NCBI RefSeq assembly: GCF_963921235.1 | Contig: NC_086097.1 | Span: forward strand, 127,102,001 to 127,166,000 | Reading direction: 5' to 3' | Source: Mobula hypostoma | Lineage: Eukaryota | DNA: 64,000 nt | Shown: in pieces, positions 13,016-24,311 of the stretch | How positions within the stretch are numbered: the stretch's first letter is position 1 | How the letters are laid out: each line of letters starts with the position of its first letter | Position numbers and translations under genes: made by a program | The notes under the pieces: model-generated | What the model saw: the letters and a program-made list of their open reading frames with translations, nothing else | Databases searched by the model: none | Told to the model about the DNA's origin: nothing

Positions 13016-14099
13016 ACTGCATTGTAACTGGGTGGAAGTCCTGGAGTGCCGTCCACCACAGCAAAGTTAAAGTAACTGCCCCAGGGGACTAACTTTGTCA
13101 ACAGTACCTTCTCTGGGGTAATGAGATGTGGAGAATAAATACTGGCCTTGCAAGCAATGCCAAGATCCTGAAAGATGGTCCATACCAAAGAAGTTTGGAA
13201 GGAAGGTATCTGGAATAAAAGTAGAAGGAGCACATTATGGAGGATGCTGACTGTTCTTTTGAAGCCCCTTGCTCACATGACCATGAGCCCTGTCTGGCAT
13301 TTCCATATATTCACAAGAGAGTCCTGCACCTTCAGAGCGCCTGGCTTGGAGAAGAGATATTCAACCAAAGCCCTTCCTCCCATTTCTCTGATTTTCTTAC
13401 AACATTCAGCGCATTGAGTCCCTTCAGTCCCAATTCCTTGCTTGTTTTCATGGAATCTATTCTTTCTTGCATTTCCATGAACACCCAAGCCTACCACTAA
13501 CCAGTTTTCCCATCACTTACTTACACTGGAGCCAGTTCATTGCGCCAATTAACCTGACAAGATGTATTTGTGAGGAAACTGGTGCACCCAATAGAAACCC
13601 TCACACTTAGAAGGTGAACATGCAAACTCCACATTGACAGCATCCAGGACACAATCAAAAGCAGACTGATGGAGCTGTGACGCTGCAGAACTGACTACTG
13701 AAGCACTCTACCATCCTCACCCTTATCCACCAAGGGCGAGTGCAGTTGTCCAAGTGCCAAGCCAAACTTTATTTCTTCTGCCAGTCTCATGGACACCCGC
13801 TGGTGTTCACAATGTGGTCTTTTTTAGAGAAACCAAACAGATTGTGGAGCAAGTACATTCAGTCCACAGCAGTGACCCTCAGTCTCTCCTGTTGCCACTT
13901 CAACTCTTCCTCTGATTCCCACTCTGACTTCTGTGAAAGTGGCCTTCTCTGCTGTTGTGATGAGGGTCAACACAAGTTCCTGAAACACTCCAGCTTCTAC
14001 CTGGGCTTAAAACTCAACTTCAGGATTCAATATTAAATTCTTTAGCTTCTGATATGTTTTTTTACCAATCTTATAAGTGGCCTTCTGTGTAATAAGCCA

Positions 14100-15660
14100 T
14101 GTCTCTGTCCTATGGTCATAGAGCTCTACAGTATTGAACCACACCCCTCAGTCCAACTTGTCCATGCCTGTACATATGCCAACCCCATTCGCCTCCACTA
14201 TGTTGCATCACCCTACCGCATTCCTGTTCAAGTACCTGTCCATAAGCTTATTAAGTTTTGTAACTGAAAATGCTCCTACTATCTCCTGGGGCAACTTGTT
14301 CCACATAGAACATTACACCACAGAACAGGCCTTTCAGTCCACGATGTTGTGCCAACCTTTTAACCTACTCTAAGATCAATCTAAATCTTCCCTCCTACAT
14401 AATCTTCCATTTTCTAGAATCTATGCGCCTATCTAACAGTTCCTTAAATACCCCTAATGTACCTGTCCCTACCACTACCCCTGGCAGGATGTTCTACTCT
14501 CTGTACTTACTTCTGACATTCCCCCACACTTTCCTCCAATCATCTTGTATCTTTATGCCCTCTTGTATTTCTCCCTGGGAAAAATTCACTGGTTTCCACT
14601 CTATCTTATCATCTTATACACCTCTATCAAGTCACCTCTCATCCTCTTTTGTTCCAAAGAGAAAAGGCCTAGCTCGCTCATTGTATCTTTGTAAGACATG
14701 CCCCCCAGTCCAGGCAGCAACCTGGTCAATCTTTCCCGAGCTCTCTCTAAAGCTTCCACATCCTTCCTATAATGAAGCAAACACAAATTAACATAATATT
14801 TTAAGAGTGATCTAACCAGGATTTTACGGAGCTGCAACATTACCTTGCGGGTCTTGAACGCAATCCCCTGACTATTGAAGGCCAAGACACTATATGCCTT
14901 ATTGACAACACTATCAACTTATGTGGCAACTTTGAGGGATCTATGTGGACCCCAAGATCCCTCTGTCCCGCCACACTGCTAAAAATCCTGCCTTAACCCT
15001 GTATTCTACCTTCAAATTCGACCTCTGAAACTGAACCACTTAACACTTTTCTGGGTTGAACTATATCTGCCACTTCTCTGCCCAATTCTGCATCATATCA
15101 ATGTCCCATAGCAACCTGTGACAACCTTCTATACTATCCTCAACTCTACCAATCTTCGTGTCAACTGCAAACTTGTTAACCCACCTTTCTACTTCCTCCC
15201 TCAAGTCATTTATAAATATTACATAGAACATAGAATAGTACAGCACAGTACAGGCCCTTGGCCCACAATGTTGTGCCGACCCTTAAACCCTGCCTCCCAT
15301 ATAACCCCCCCCCCGCCACCTTAAATTACAAAGATCAGGGCCCCAGAACAGATCCCTGCGGAACGCCACTGGTCACCTCCAGGCAAAATTCTCTCCATCT
15401 ACAAACACCCTCCGCCTTCTATGGGCAAGGCAATTCTGAATTCATACTGAGAAGTATCCTGGATCTCATTGCTCCTGACATTCTGAATGAGCTTACCAAG
15501 GGGAACCTTATCAAAAGCCTTACTAAAATCCATGTGCATGATATCACTGTTCTAACTTCATCAATGTGCTTTGTCACTTCCGTAAAGCATTCAATTGGGC
15601 TCGTGAGACATGACCTGCCCCTCAAAAAGCCATGCAGGCTATCCCTAATCAGACTACGCT
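14100..15660 (-). mobile_element. Nested CR1 fragments
   Basis: HGFLRGRSCLT, NKFAVDTKIG and YRKDVEALERARERLTRLLPG. Confidence 0.8.
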
Positions 15661-16254
15661 GCACATTAGATGTGGATGCTACAGGGTGATAGTCACTGAG
15701 GCAGCTCGTCCTGCTCTTCTTGGGCGCCAGTATAATAGGTGCTCTTTTGAAGCAAGTGGGAACTTCTGACTTGAGCAGTGAAAGACTGAAACGTCCTTGA
15801 ACACTCCAGCGAGTTAGTTGGCGCAGGTTTCAGTACCTTGCTTGTACACCATTGAGGCTTGACAATTTGAAAGATGTTCTTACGTCAGCCTTTGAATCAG
15901 ATATCACAGGGTTGTTAGATACTGCAGGGATTTGCACAAATGTAGTCTTATTCTCCCTTTCAAAGCAAAAGGTGTTTAGGGAGTGAAGAATCATAACCTT
16001 TTATGATGTTGTGATTATGACACGATGTCCCCACCATCCCTCAACCATAAACAAAATATTTTCTCTCTATCCTTGTTCTGATAAAGGACTTTCAATCTGA
16101 AATGTTAACTCTGTTTCTCCCTCCGGAGAAGCAGGGATTCAACCTGAAACATTGACAGTTCCTTCCCTCCCATAGATGCTGCTCAACCTGTTGAGTTCTT
16201 CCACAGACTGATGAAGAACATTTGGATCCTTTCCACAGGGACTAACTGCTCTAA

Positions 16255-16790
16255 GGCACATCAGCAATTCCAGTAGCAGTGACTCTAGCAAAGGTAAGTC
16301 CAGCAGCAATGTAGTGAATTCAACAACAGCAAGTCCTTCAACAGAGACTCCAGCAGCAGTAGCTCCAGAAATAGTGACTCCAACAATCTGAGTTGAAGAG
16401 CAGTATCCCATGGAACAATGTCACCAACAACAATAGGTCCAATAAAAATGACTCAAATAACAGTGACCCCAGCATCTGTGACTTCAGCCACAGTGACTTC
16501 AATAACAATGATTCCAGGAGTAATGAGTTTAAGAATGGTGATTCCATCAACAGGGACTCCAACCACACGGAATCGAGCAACAGCGGGATTGGAATTGGAA
16601 TCGGAATGTTATTGTCACATGTACCGAGATAAGGTGGAAAGCTTGTCTTGTGTACTGGTCAGTGCATTGAGGTAGAGCAAGGTAAAACACTAACAATGCA
16701 GAATACGTGACTCCAGCAGCAGCGAGTGCAACAACGATGAGTCCAGCAACAATGAGCTTAAGAGCAGTGGCTCCAACAACAGTGGCCGCC
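16255..16790 (+). repeat. Highly degenerate 15-bp-period minisatellite (consensus ~GACTCCAGCAACAGT), split by a ~120-bp LINE-tail insert
   Basis: Recurrent GTGACTCCAGCAGCA / ATGAGTCCAGCAACA units. The frames read as DSSNS-like, VTPAT-like or, on minus, LLLES-like pentapeptides. Confidence 0.75.
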
Positions 16791-16876
16791 ATCAGCACTG
16801 GCTGCGTGGTTGCTGGTGGTGGCCTCAGCTGCAGTGAGCAGATGAGTCTGCCCCAGGAAACACAGGAGAAACTCAC

Positions 16877-16921
16877 CCTGGGCTGTTGCCTCTGCTGGGC
16901 ATGTGCCCGGACTTTAACAGC
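16877..16921 (-). pseudogene. 45-bp candidate exon (phase 2/2) of unidentified minus-strand gene
   Basis: Pyrimidine tract then TTAG| acceptor and AGG|GTGAGT donor. Reads (R)LLKSGHMPSRGNSP(G) in phase with the exon at 18297-18032. Confidence 0.45.
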
Positions 16922-18031
16922 CTAACGGTGTCCAACTTACAGGACAAGAAACAAACTGGGAAAGAGTTCAATGGATCGGGGAGCAACTGTGGGGGCAGAA
17001 GGAAGGCCATTTCTTGTGGCTTCATCAGACTACAGTGACTCCAGAGTCACAAACAGAGAAGCGAGTGTCGTTTTAAAATTATTACAGATATAGACTTTAT
17101 TCATAATTAGTGCACATATACATCACACCTCAGTAAAACTGAGAACTGCTATTCAACCGTATAGAAATCCCCAATGGATTCTGGTTCAGTGGATATTTGC
17201 CATGCTCTCTTCCGATTCATCAGGGCCTTGTTACTTCTATTCCACCCAACTCACTGGGGGCCTGGTTCCTGCACTCTCTTTCAAAATGCCAGGGTACCTG
17301 GTTCATTGAGGAAATGGAGTCATCAGCTCAGAAAGAGGCCCTTTGGCCCAACCAGTCCATGCTGACCAAGACACCCATCTAAGCTAATCCCATTTGACTA
17401 TGTTTGGCCCACATCTCTTTAAACCTTTCCCACCCATGTACCTTTTAAATGTCGATAATCTACCTGCCTCAACTATTTCCTCAGCAGTTTGTTCCACGTA
17501 TTGACTACCGTCAGGGTGAAAATATTGCCCCTCAGGTTCCTTTAAAACCTCCTCCTTCTCACTTTAAACCTATGCCCTCTAGTTTTGATTTTCCAACCCC
17601 TGAGAAATGACTGTGTTTATTCACCCTTATCTCTGCCCCTCATGATTTTATACACCTCTATAAAATCAACCCTCATTCTCCAATACCTGCTTAATTTCTC
17701 TCCATAACTCGTTCCTCTGAGACTCAGCAATATCCTTGTAAACCTCCCCTCCACTCTTTCCATCTTAAATATCATCTATCCTACAGCAGGGGGACCATAA
17801 CTGGAAACAGTTTTCTATATAGGGCCTCACCAGCATCCTGTACAAGTGCTACACAATGCATGTATTGCAGTGCAGTACTATGTAATTAAAAAATATATTG
17901 GGATATTAATTTAAAGAGCACCCAACAATGTGGAAAGTTTACAAATCTGTCATCATAAATGTCTTGTCAATGCTCAATTATGGGAGTCCACTGTAGTTTG
18001 AATTTTCTTTCAATGAATCAGTACTGCTCAC

Positions 18032-18297
18032 CTTTTCTCCTTGAACACTTGTACAGTGTTCAAGAGGCTACTATACAGAGAGCCCAGCTCCTTAGTGTCC
18101 CATGCTAGCAGGACGCGAGACTGTGGTCCTTCGCACAGATCCTCACTATGGCTGCACTGAGCTTCAGAGAGGCAAGTATCAGGTAGTAGATCCCTTGTGT
18201 AACTTCATGCAGCACACCCCAGCCCTGACTAACCATTAGTTCTGTCCATGGCTTTGGGAAGCTTTCTAGCCAACCATATAATCTTAAAATCACAATA
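18032..18297 (-). pseudogene. 266-bp decayed exon (phase 0/2) of unidentified minus-strand gene
   Basis: Acceptor CCCCCCTTTTATTTACAG| and donor AAG|GTGAGC. Reads YCDFKIIWLARKLPKAMDRTNG*SGLGCAA*SYTRDLLPDTCLSEAQCSHSEDLCEGPQSRVLLAWDTKELGSLYSSLLNTVQVFKEK. Confidence 0.6.
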
Positions 18298-18372
18298 CTG
18301 TAAATAAAAGGGGGGCTGGGCAATGAGATTCCTCGCAGACTCATAGCAGTAATAGTAGAATGAGAGGAAAAC

Positions 18373-20729
18373 TCCCATTAGGGGATCAGCTGTACTGGAT
18401 TGGGTATTGTGTAATGAACCGGAGGTTATTACAGAGATTGAGGTGAAGAAATCCTTAGGAGGCAGTGATCATAACATGATTGAGTTCACTGTGAAATTAG
18501 AAAAAGAGAAGCCGAAATCTGACGTGTGGGTATTCCAGTGGAGTAAAGGAAATTACAGTGGCATGAGAGAGGAACTGGCCAAAGTTGACTGGAAAGGGAC
18601 ACTGACGGGAAGGACAGCAGAGCAGCAGTGGCTGGAGTTTATGCGAGAAGTGAGGAAGGTGCAAGACAGGTATATTCCAAAAAAGAAGAAATTTTCGAAT
18701 GGAAAAAGGATGCAACCGTGACTGACAAGAGAAGTCAAAGCCAAAGTTAAAGCAAAGGAGAGGGCATACAAGGAAGCAAAAATTAGTGGGAAGACAGAGG
18801 ATTGGGAAGTTTTTAAAAGCTTACAAAAGGAAACTAAGAAGGTCATTAAGAGGGAAAAGATTAACGATGAAAGGAAGCTAGCAAATAATATCAAAGAGGA
18901 TACTAAAAGCTTTTTCAAGTATATAAAGTGTAAAAGACAGGTGAGAGTAGATATAGGACCGATAGAAAATGATGCTGGAGATGAGATGGCAGAGGAACTG
19001 AATGAGTATTTTGTGTCAATGTTCACTGAGGAAAACATCAGCAGTATACTGGACACTCAAGGGTGGCAGGGAAGAGAAGTGTGCGCAGTCACAATTATGA
19101 TAGAGAAAGTACTCAGGAAGCTGAATAGTCTAAAGATAGATAAATCTCCCGGACCAGATGGAATGCACCCTCGTGTTCTGAAGGAAGTAGCTGTGGAGAT
19201 TGCGGAGGCATTAGCGATGATCTTTCAAAAGTCGATAGATTCTGGCATGGTTCCGGAGGACTGGAAGATTGCAAATGTCACTCCGCTATTTAAGGAGGGG
19301 GCAAGGAAGCAAAAAGGAAATTATAGACCTGTTAGCTTGACATCAGTGGTTGGGAAGTTGTTGGAGTTGATTGTCAAGGATGAGGTTACAGAGTACCTGG
19401 AGGCATATGACAAGATAGGCAGAACTCAGCATGGATTCCTTAAAGGAAAATCCTGCCTGACAGACCTATTGCAATTTTTTGAGGAAATTACAAGTAGGCT
19501 AGACAAGGGAGATGCAGTGGATGTTGTATATTTGGATTTTCAGAAGGCCCTTGACAAGGTACCACACATGAGGCTACTTAACAAGATAAGAGCCCATGGA
19601 ATTATGGGAAAGTTACATACGTGGATAGAGCGTTTGGCTGATTGGCAGGAAACAGAGATTGGGAATAAAGGGATCCTATTCTCGTTGGCTGCTGGTTACC
19701 AGTGGTGTTCCACAGGGGTCCGTGTTGGGGCCGCTTCATTTTACATTGTACATCAACGATTTGGATTGTGGAATAGATGGCTTTGTGGCTAAGTTTGCTG
19801 ATGATATGAAGATAGGTGGAGGGGCCGGTAGTGCTGAGGAAACGGAGAGTCTGCAGAGAGACTTGGATAGATTGGAAGAATAGGCAAAATGGCAAATGAA
19901 ATACAATGTTGGAAAGTGTATGGTTATGCACTTTGGCAGAAGAAATAAACGGGCAGACTATTATTTAAATGGGGAGAGAATTCAAAGTTCTGAGATGCAA
20001 CGGGACTTGGGGGTCCTTGTACAGGATACCCTTAAGGTTAACCTCCAGGTTGAGTTGGTGGTGAAGAAGGCGACTGCAATGTTGGCAATCATTTCTAAAG
20101 GAATAGAGTATAGGAGCAGGGATGTGATGTTGAGGCTCTATAAGGCGCTGGTGAGACCTCACTTGGAGTACTGTGGGCAGTTTTGGTCTCCTTATTTAAG
20201 GAAGGATGTGCTGACGTTGGAGAGGGTACAGAGAAGATTCACTAGAATGATTCCGGGAATGAGAGGGTTAACATATGAGGAATGTTTGTCCGCTCTTGGA
20301 CTGTATTCCTTGGAGTTTAGAAGAATGGGGGAGACCTCATAGAAACATTTTGAATGTTGAAAGGCATGGACAGAGTGGATGTGGCAAAGTTGTTTCCCAT
20401 GATGGGGGAGTCTAGTACGAGAGGGCATGACTTAAGGATTGAAGGGCGCCCATTCAAAACAGAAATGCGAAGAAATTTTTTTAGCCAGAGGGTGGTGAAT
20501 CTATGGAATTTGTTGCCACGGGCAGCAGTGGAGGCCAAGTCTTTGGGTGTATTTAAGGCAGAGATTGATAGGTGTCTTTGTAGCCAGGGCATCAAAGGTT
20601 ATGGTGAGATGGCTAGAGAGTGGGGCTAAATGGGTGAATGGATCAGCTCATGATAAAATGGCAGAGCAGACTCGATGGGCTGAATAGCCGACTTCTGCTC
20701 CTTTGTCTTATTGTCTTATGGTCTTATGG
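18373..20729 (+). mobile_element. Relatively young CR1 LINE, 5'-truncated, few lesions
   Basis: KSPGPDGMHPRVLKE, NYRPVSLTS, VYLDFQKA, GVPQGSVLGP and KFADD motifs. Ends in (TCTTATKG)n tail. Confidence 0.95.
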
Positions 20730-21325
20730 AAAGTTCAATAAGCCCCTGTAACTTGTAAATCAATCAGTATAACATTTACAGAGGGCATGCAATTCTGGGA
20801 CTTATTTGGAAAAACTTTTGTAGCCAGTTTGTAGCTACGCCAAGGAGATGGGGAGAGATGTCACCTTGTCACACCCCTTCTGAAAATCCAAGTAACCAAC
20901 ATCCACTGACTCTCCTCTCTCTACTCTGCTTGTTGTTTCTTCAAAGAATTCCAACAGTGTTGTCAAGAAGATTTCCCATGCTGACTCTGGCTGCCTATTT
21001 TATCATGTGCCTCCAAGTACCATGAAACCTCATCCTTAGAAAGCTGTGGGTCTCTGCAATGTACTGCCAGGGCTGGTAGTGGAGACAGACATGGTAGAGG
21101 TAGAGATGATAGAGGCTCTGAGACAGGCACATGAAAAGCAGAGCTATGGGCCATCGGCAGGCAGAAGGAGTTAGTGCAATTAGGCATCATTGGCATAATT
21201 AGTTTAGCACAACAATGTGGGCTGAAAGGCCTTTTCCTAAACTGTTCTACGTTCGACTGTATGTTCTATGAAGTCTCAGGCGAAATTTTGACTGACACCA
21301 GCTTTGAACATTGGATGCCACTTAC

Positions 21326-21407
21326 TGACAGCATTGTCAAGATTAACGAAAGTGGAGGGCACTGGAAATCAGACTGCTCCCACTTAGGACTGAAACCTCC
21401 TTGTAGC
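21326..21407 (-). pseudogene. 82-bp exon (phase 2/0) of unidentified minus-strand gene
   Basis: CCTTTGCAG| acceptor and TCA|GTAAGT donor. Open: (R)LQGGFSPKWEQSDFQCPPLSLILTMLS. Phases bridge the exons at 42868-42619 and 18297-18032. Confidence 0.6.
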
Positions 21408-21605
21408 CTGCAAAGGATCCCTCTCTCTCACTTCTTCTTACAACCTGTGGCCATCGCTTGAACCCCTGCTTCCTACGACTGCCTCTCTCTTTGGTCTTTG
21501 TAAGCAAGGAGAAGGAAATAGGATGACAGAGTGGTACAGCTGTCGAGCTGTCGAGTTCCAGTGACGGGGTTTGACCATGTTTAATTTTTATTTAGAGTCT
21601 GACCA

Positions 21606-21877
21606 CAGACATCCCACCTCTCCCGGAACTTCCGGGAGTCTCCCACATATTAATAGTGGCTCCCTGATGCCCTCAAATTATATACAATATCACAGAAATC
21701 AATTTTTTTGAGAGCGAGCAAGAGAGAAAGCAAGAGAGAGCGCGAGAGCAACCACGAGAGAGAGCGCGCGCGGATGAGAGAGCAAGAGCGAGCGAGAGTA
21801 ACCACGAGAGCAAGCGAGAGCGACCACGAGAGAGAGCGCACGCGGATGAGAGAGCAAGAGCGAGCGAGAGCGACCAC

Positions 21878-21943
<66 letters not shown>

Positions 21944-22284
21944 TTGCAGAGTGTTCCAAAAAAGAATATATAAAACGTACATCACCACAGACTACACTAA
22001 AGTGTACCCCTGACTAATAGGGGTCAAAATAATGACAGTGTTGCTTGCTGCACTGTTTGCAACAGTGATTTTTCTATTGCCCATGGTGGGTTCAGACTGT
22101 AAAAGACATGTTGAGGTGAGTTTAACAGGTGTCATTCATTCATTAGCATAGCTAACGTTATTTAAACTAGCTGGCTGGCTGGTAAGGAGCTACTCTATTG
22201 CAGACATCCCACCTCTCCTGGAAGCCTCCCACAAATTGATGGTGCTACCTCCCTGAAATGAGTTTTTGCAGGGTGGGATGTCTG
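21606..22284 (+). mobile_element. Non-autonomous hAT element retaining N-terminal BED-type zinc finger remnant
   Basis: TIR CAGACATCCCACC at both ends. 6-bp flanks TGACCA/TGAGCA. CTVCNSDFSIAHGG...DCKRHVE at ~22049-22115. Internal GA-rich repeat and an extra internal TIR at 22201. Confidence 0.8.
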
Positions 22285-23384
22285 TGAGCATGTCAATAGG
22301 CCTTTACAGACCAACAAGTCCAACATGACCAATTAACCTACTAACCTGTACATCTTTGGAATGTGACAGGTACAGGGAGAACGTACAAGCTCCTTACAGA
22401 CAGCAGTGGATTCGAACCGGGGTCCCTAGTGCTGTAACAGCGTTAAATTAACCTCGAGGCTACCCTGCCATCCAGACCACAGCACCACCTGCTTGGAGCT
22501 TGCATGTTCTCCCTGTGGTCATGTGGGTTTGTCCCTCGGAGTTCCTGGTTCCTCTCACATCCCAGGCATGCTGGTAGGTTAATTGGCCACAGTATATTGT
22601 CTGAACTGTGTGGCAGCATGGGAGAAGCTGAGGGGAAATGGTGGGAATGTGGAGAGAATAAGACAGGGCTAGTGTATAATAAGTGGGGACTTCTTAGTCA
22701 GAAAGGAAAGGCACCTTTCTGCATCTTGTGACAATGGTTCCAAGAGTGTAGAAGGAGATTTACCTTCCCTAACTGACCTCCACTATACGTGACTCTGGAG
22801 CCACCAATTGATTGATTTTGACTTCAGAACACAAGATGTATCCAGCAAATGTAGGTCTTGCCTTCAATATCCAAATCCCTTGAAAGACTAACAACTTTTT
22901 TCCTAGTGCTGTCAGAGTTTTGAAGCAATCAGCACTTTCAGGTCCCCTTCTTAGAGGTGCTGTCACATTCTCTGTTCTGCTATGTCATTTCTTCTTGCAT
23001 TACCTCAGTTTGTACTACTATACTTCGCACCATTCCATGGTTTATTTATTATCCCCATGCAGTAGAGTCATAGAACATTAAATTATAGAAACAAGCCCTT
23101 TGGTCCATCAAATCTGTGTCAAACTGTTAATCTGCTGAGTCCCATTGACTTGCACCTGGACTATAACCCTCCAAACCTTCCTATCTATGTACCTATCCAA
23201 ACTTCCCTTAAATGTGGAAATTGAACCTGCATCCACCACTTCCACTAGCATTTTGTTCCATCTGCTCAACACCCTCTGAGTGAATAAGTTCCCTCTCAAA
23301 CATTTTCCTTTACACCCTTGATCAATGACCTCTAGTTCTAGTATCAGCCAACTTCAGTGGAAAAAGCCTACTTGCATTTCCCCT

Positions 23385-24311
23385 AGAAGAAATAAACAGG
23401 CAAACTATTATTTAAATGGGGGGAGAATTCAAAGTTCGGAGATGCAATGGGACTTGGGAGTCCTCGTGCAGGATACCCTTAAGGTTAACCTCCAGGTTGA
23501 GTCGGTGGTGAAGAAGGCGAATGCAATTGTTGGCATTCATTTCTAGAGGAATAGAGTATAGGAGCAGGGATGTGATGTTGAGGCTCTATAAAGTGCTGGT
23601 GAGACCTCACTTGGAGTACTGTGGGCAGTTTTGGGCTCCTTATTTAAGAAAGGATGTACTGACATTGGAGAGGGTTCAGAGAAGATTCACTAGAATGATT
23701 CCGGGAATGAGAGGGTTAACATATGAGGAACGTTTGACCGCTCTTGGACTGTACTCCTTGGGGTTTAGAAGAATGAGGGGGAACCTCACAGAAACATTTT
23801 GAATGTTGAAAGGCATGGACAGAGTGGATGTGGCAAAGTTGTTTCCCATGATGGGAGAGTCTAGTACGAGAGGGCATGACTTAAGGATTGAAGGGCGCCC
23901 ATTCAGAACAGAAATGCGAAGAAATTTTTTTAGCCAGAGGTTGGTGAATCTATGGAATTTGTTGCCACGGGCAGCAGTGGAGGCCAAGTCTTTGGGTGTA
24001 TTTAAGGCAGAGATTGATAGGTGTCTTTGTAGCCAGGGCATCAAAGGTTATGGTGAGAAGGCTAGAGAGTGGGACTAAATGGGAGAATGGATCAGCTCAT
24101 GATAAAATGGCAGAGCAGACTCGATGGGCTGAATAGCCGATTTCTGCTCCTTTGTCTTATTGTCTTATGGTCTTATGAAAAGTTCAATAAGCCCCGGTAA
24201 CTTGTAAATCAATCAGTATAACATTTACAGAGGGCATGCGATTCTGGGATTTATTTGAAAAAACTTTTGTAGCCAGTTTGTATCTACGCCAAGGAGATGG
24301 GGAGAGTTGTC
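23385..24311 (+). repeat. Near-identical duplicate of 19938-20862 (CR1 3' part plus ~130 bp of flank)
   Basis: Colinear match continues past the CR1 tail into AAGTTCAATAAGCCCC...GGAGATGGGGAGAG. Confidence 0.95.

Noticed and set aside
13170..13370. Possible small minus-strand exons
   Set aside because: Splice-like motifs are present, but several incompatible phases fit and there is no recognisable peptide. Left unannotated.
21650..22013. Arg/Glu- and Ser/Leu-rich ORFs
   Set aside because: Translation of the GA-rich repeat inside the hAT element.
22769..22966. 65-aa minus ORF with a donor-like site as another exon
   Set aside because: It overlaps a repeat motif (GACTCTGGAG...) also seen near 49120, and no clear acceptor was found.
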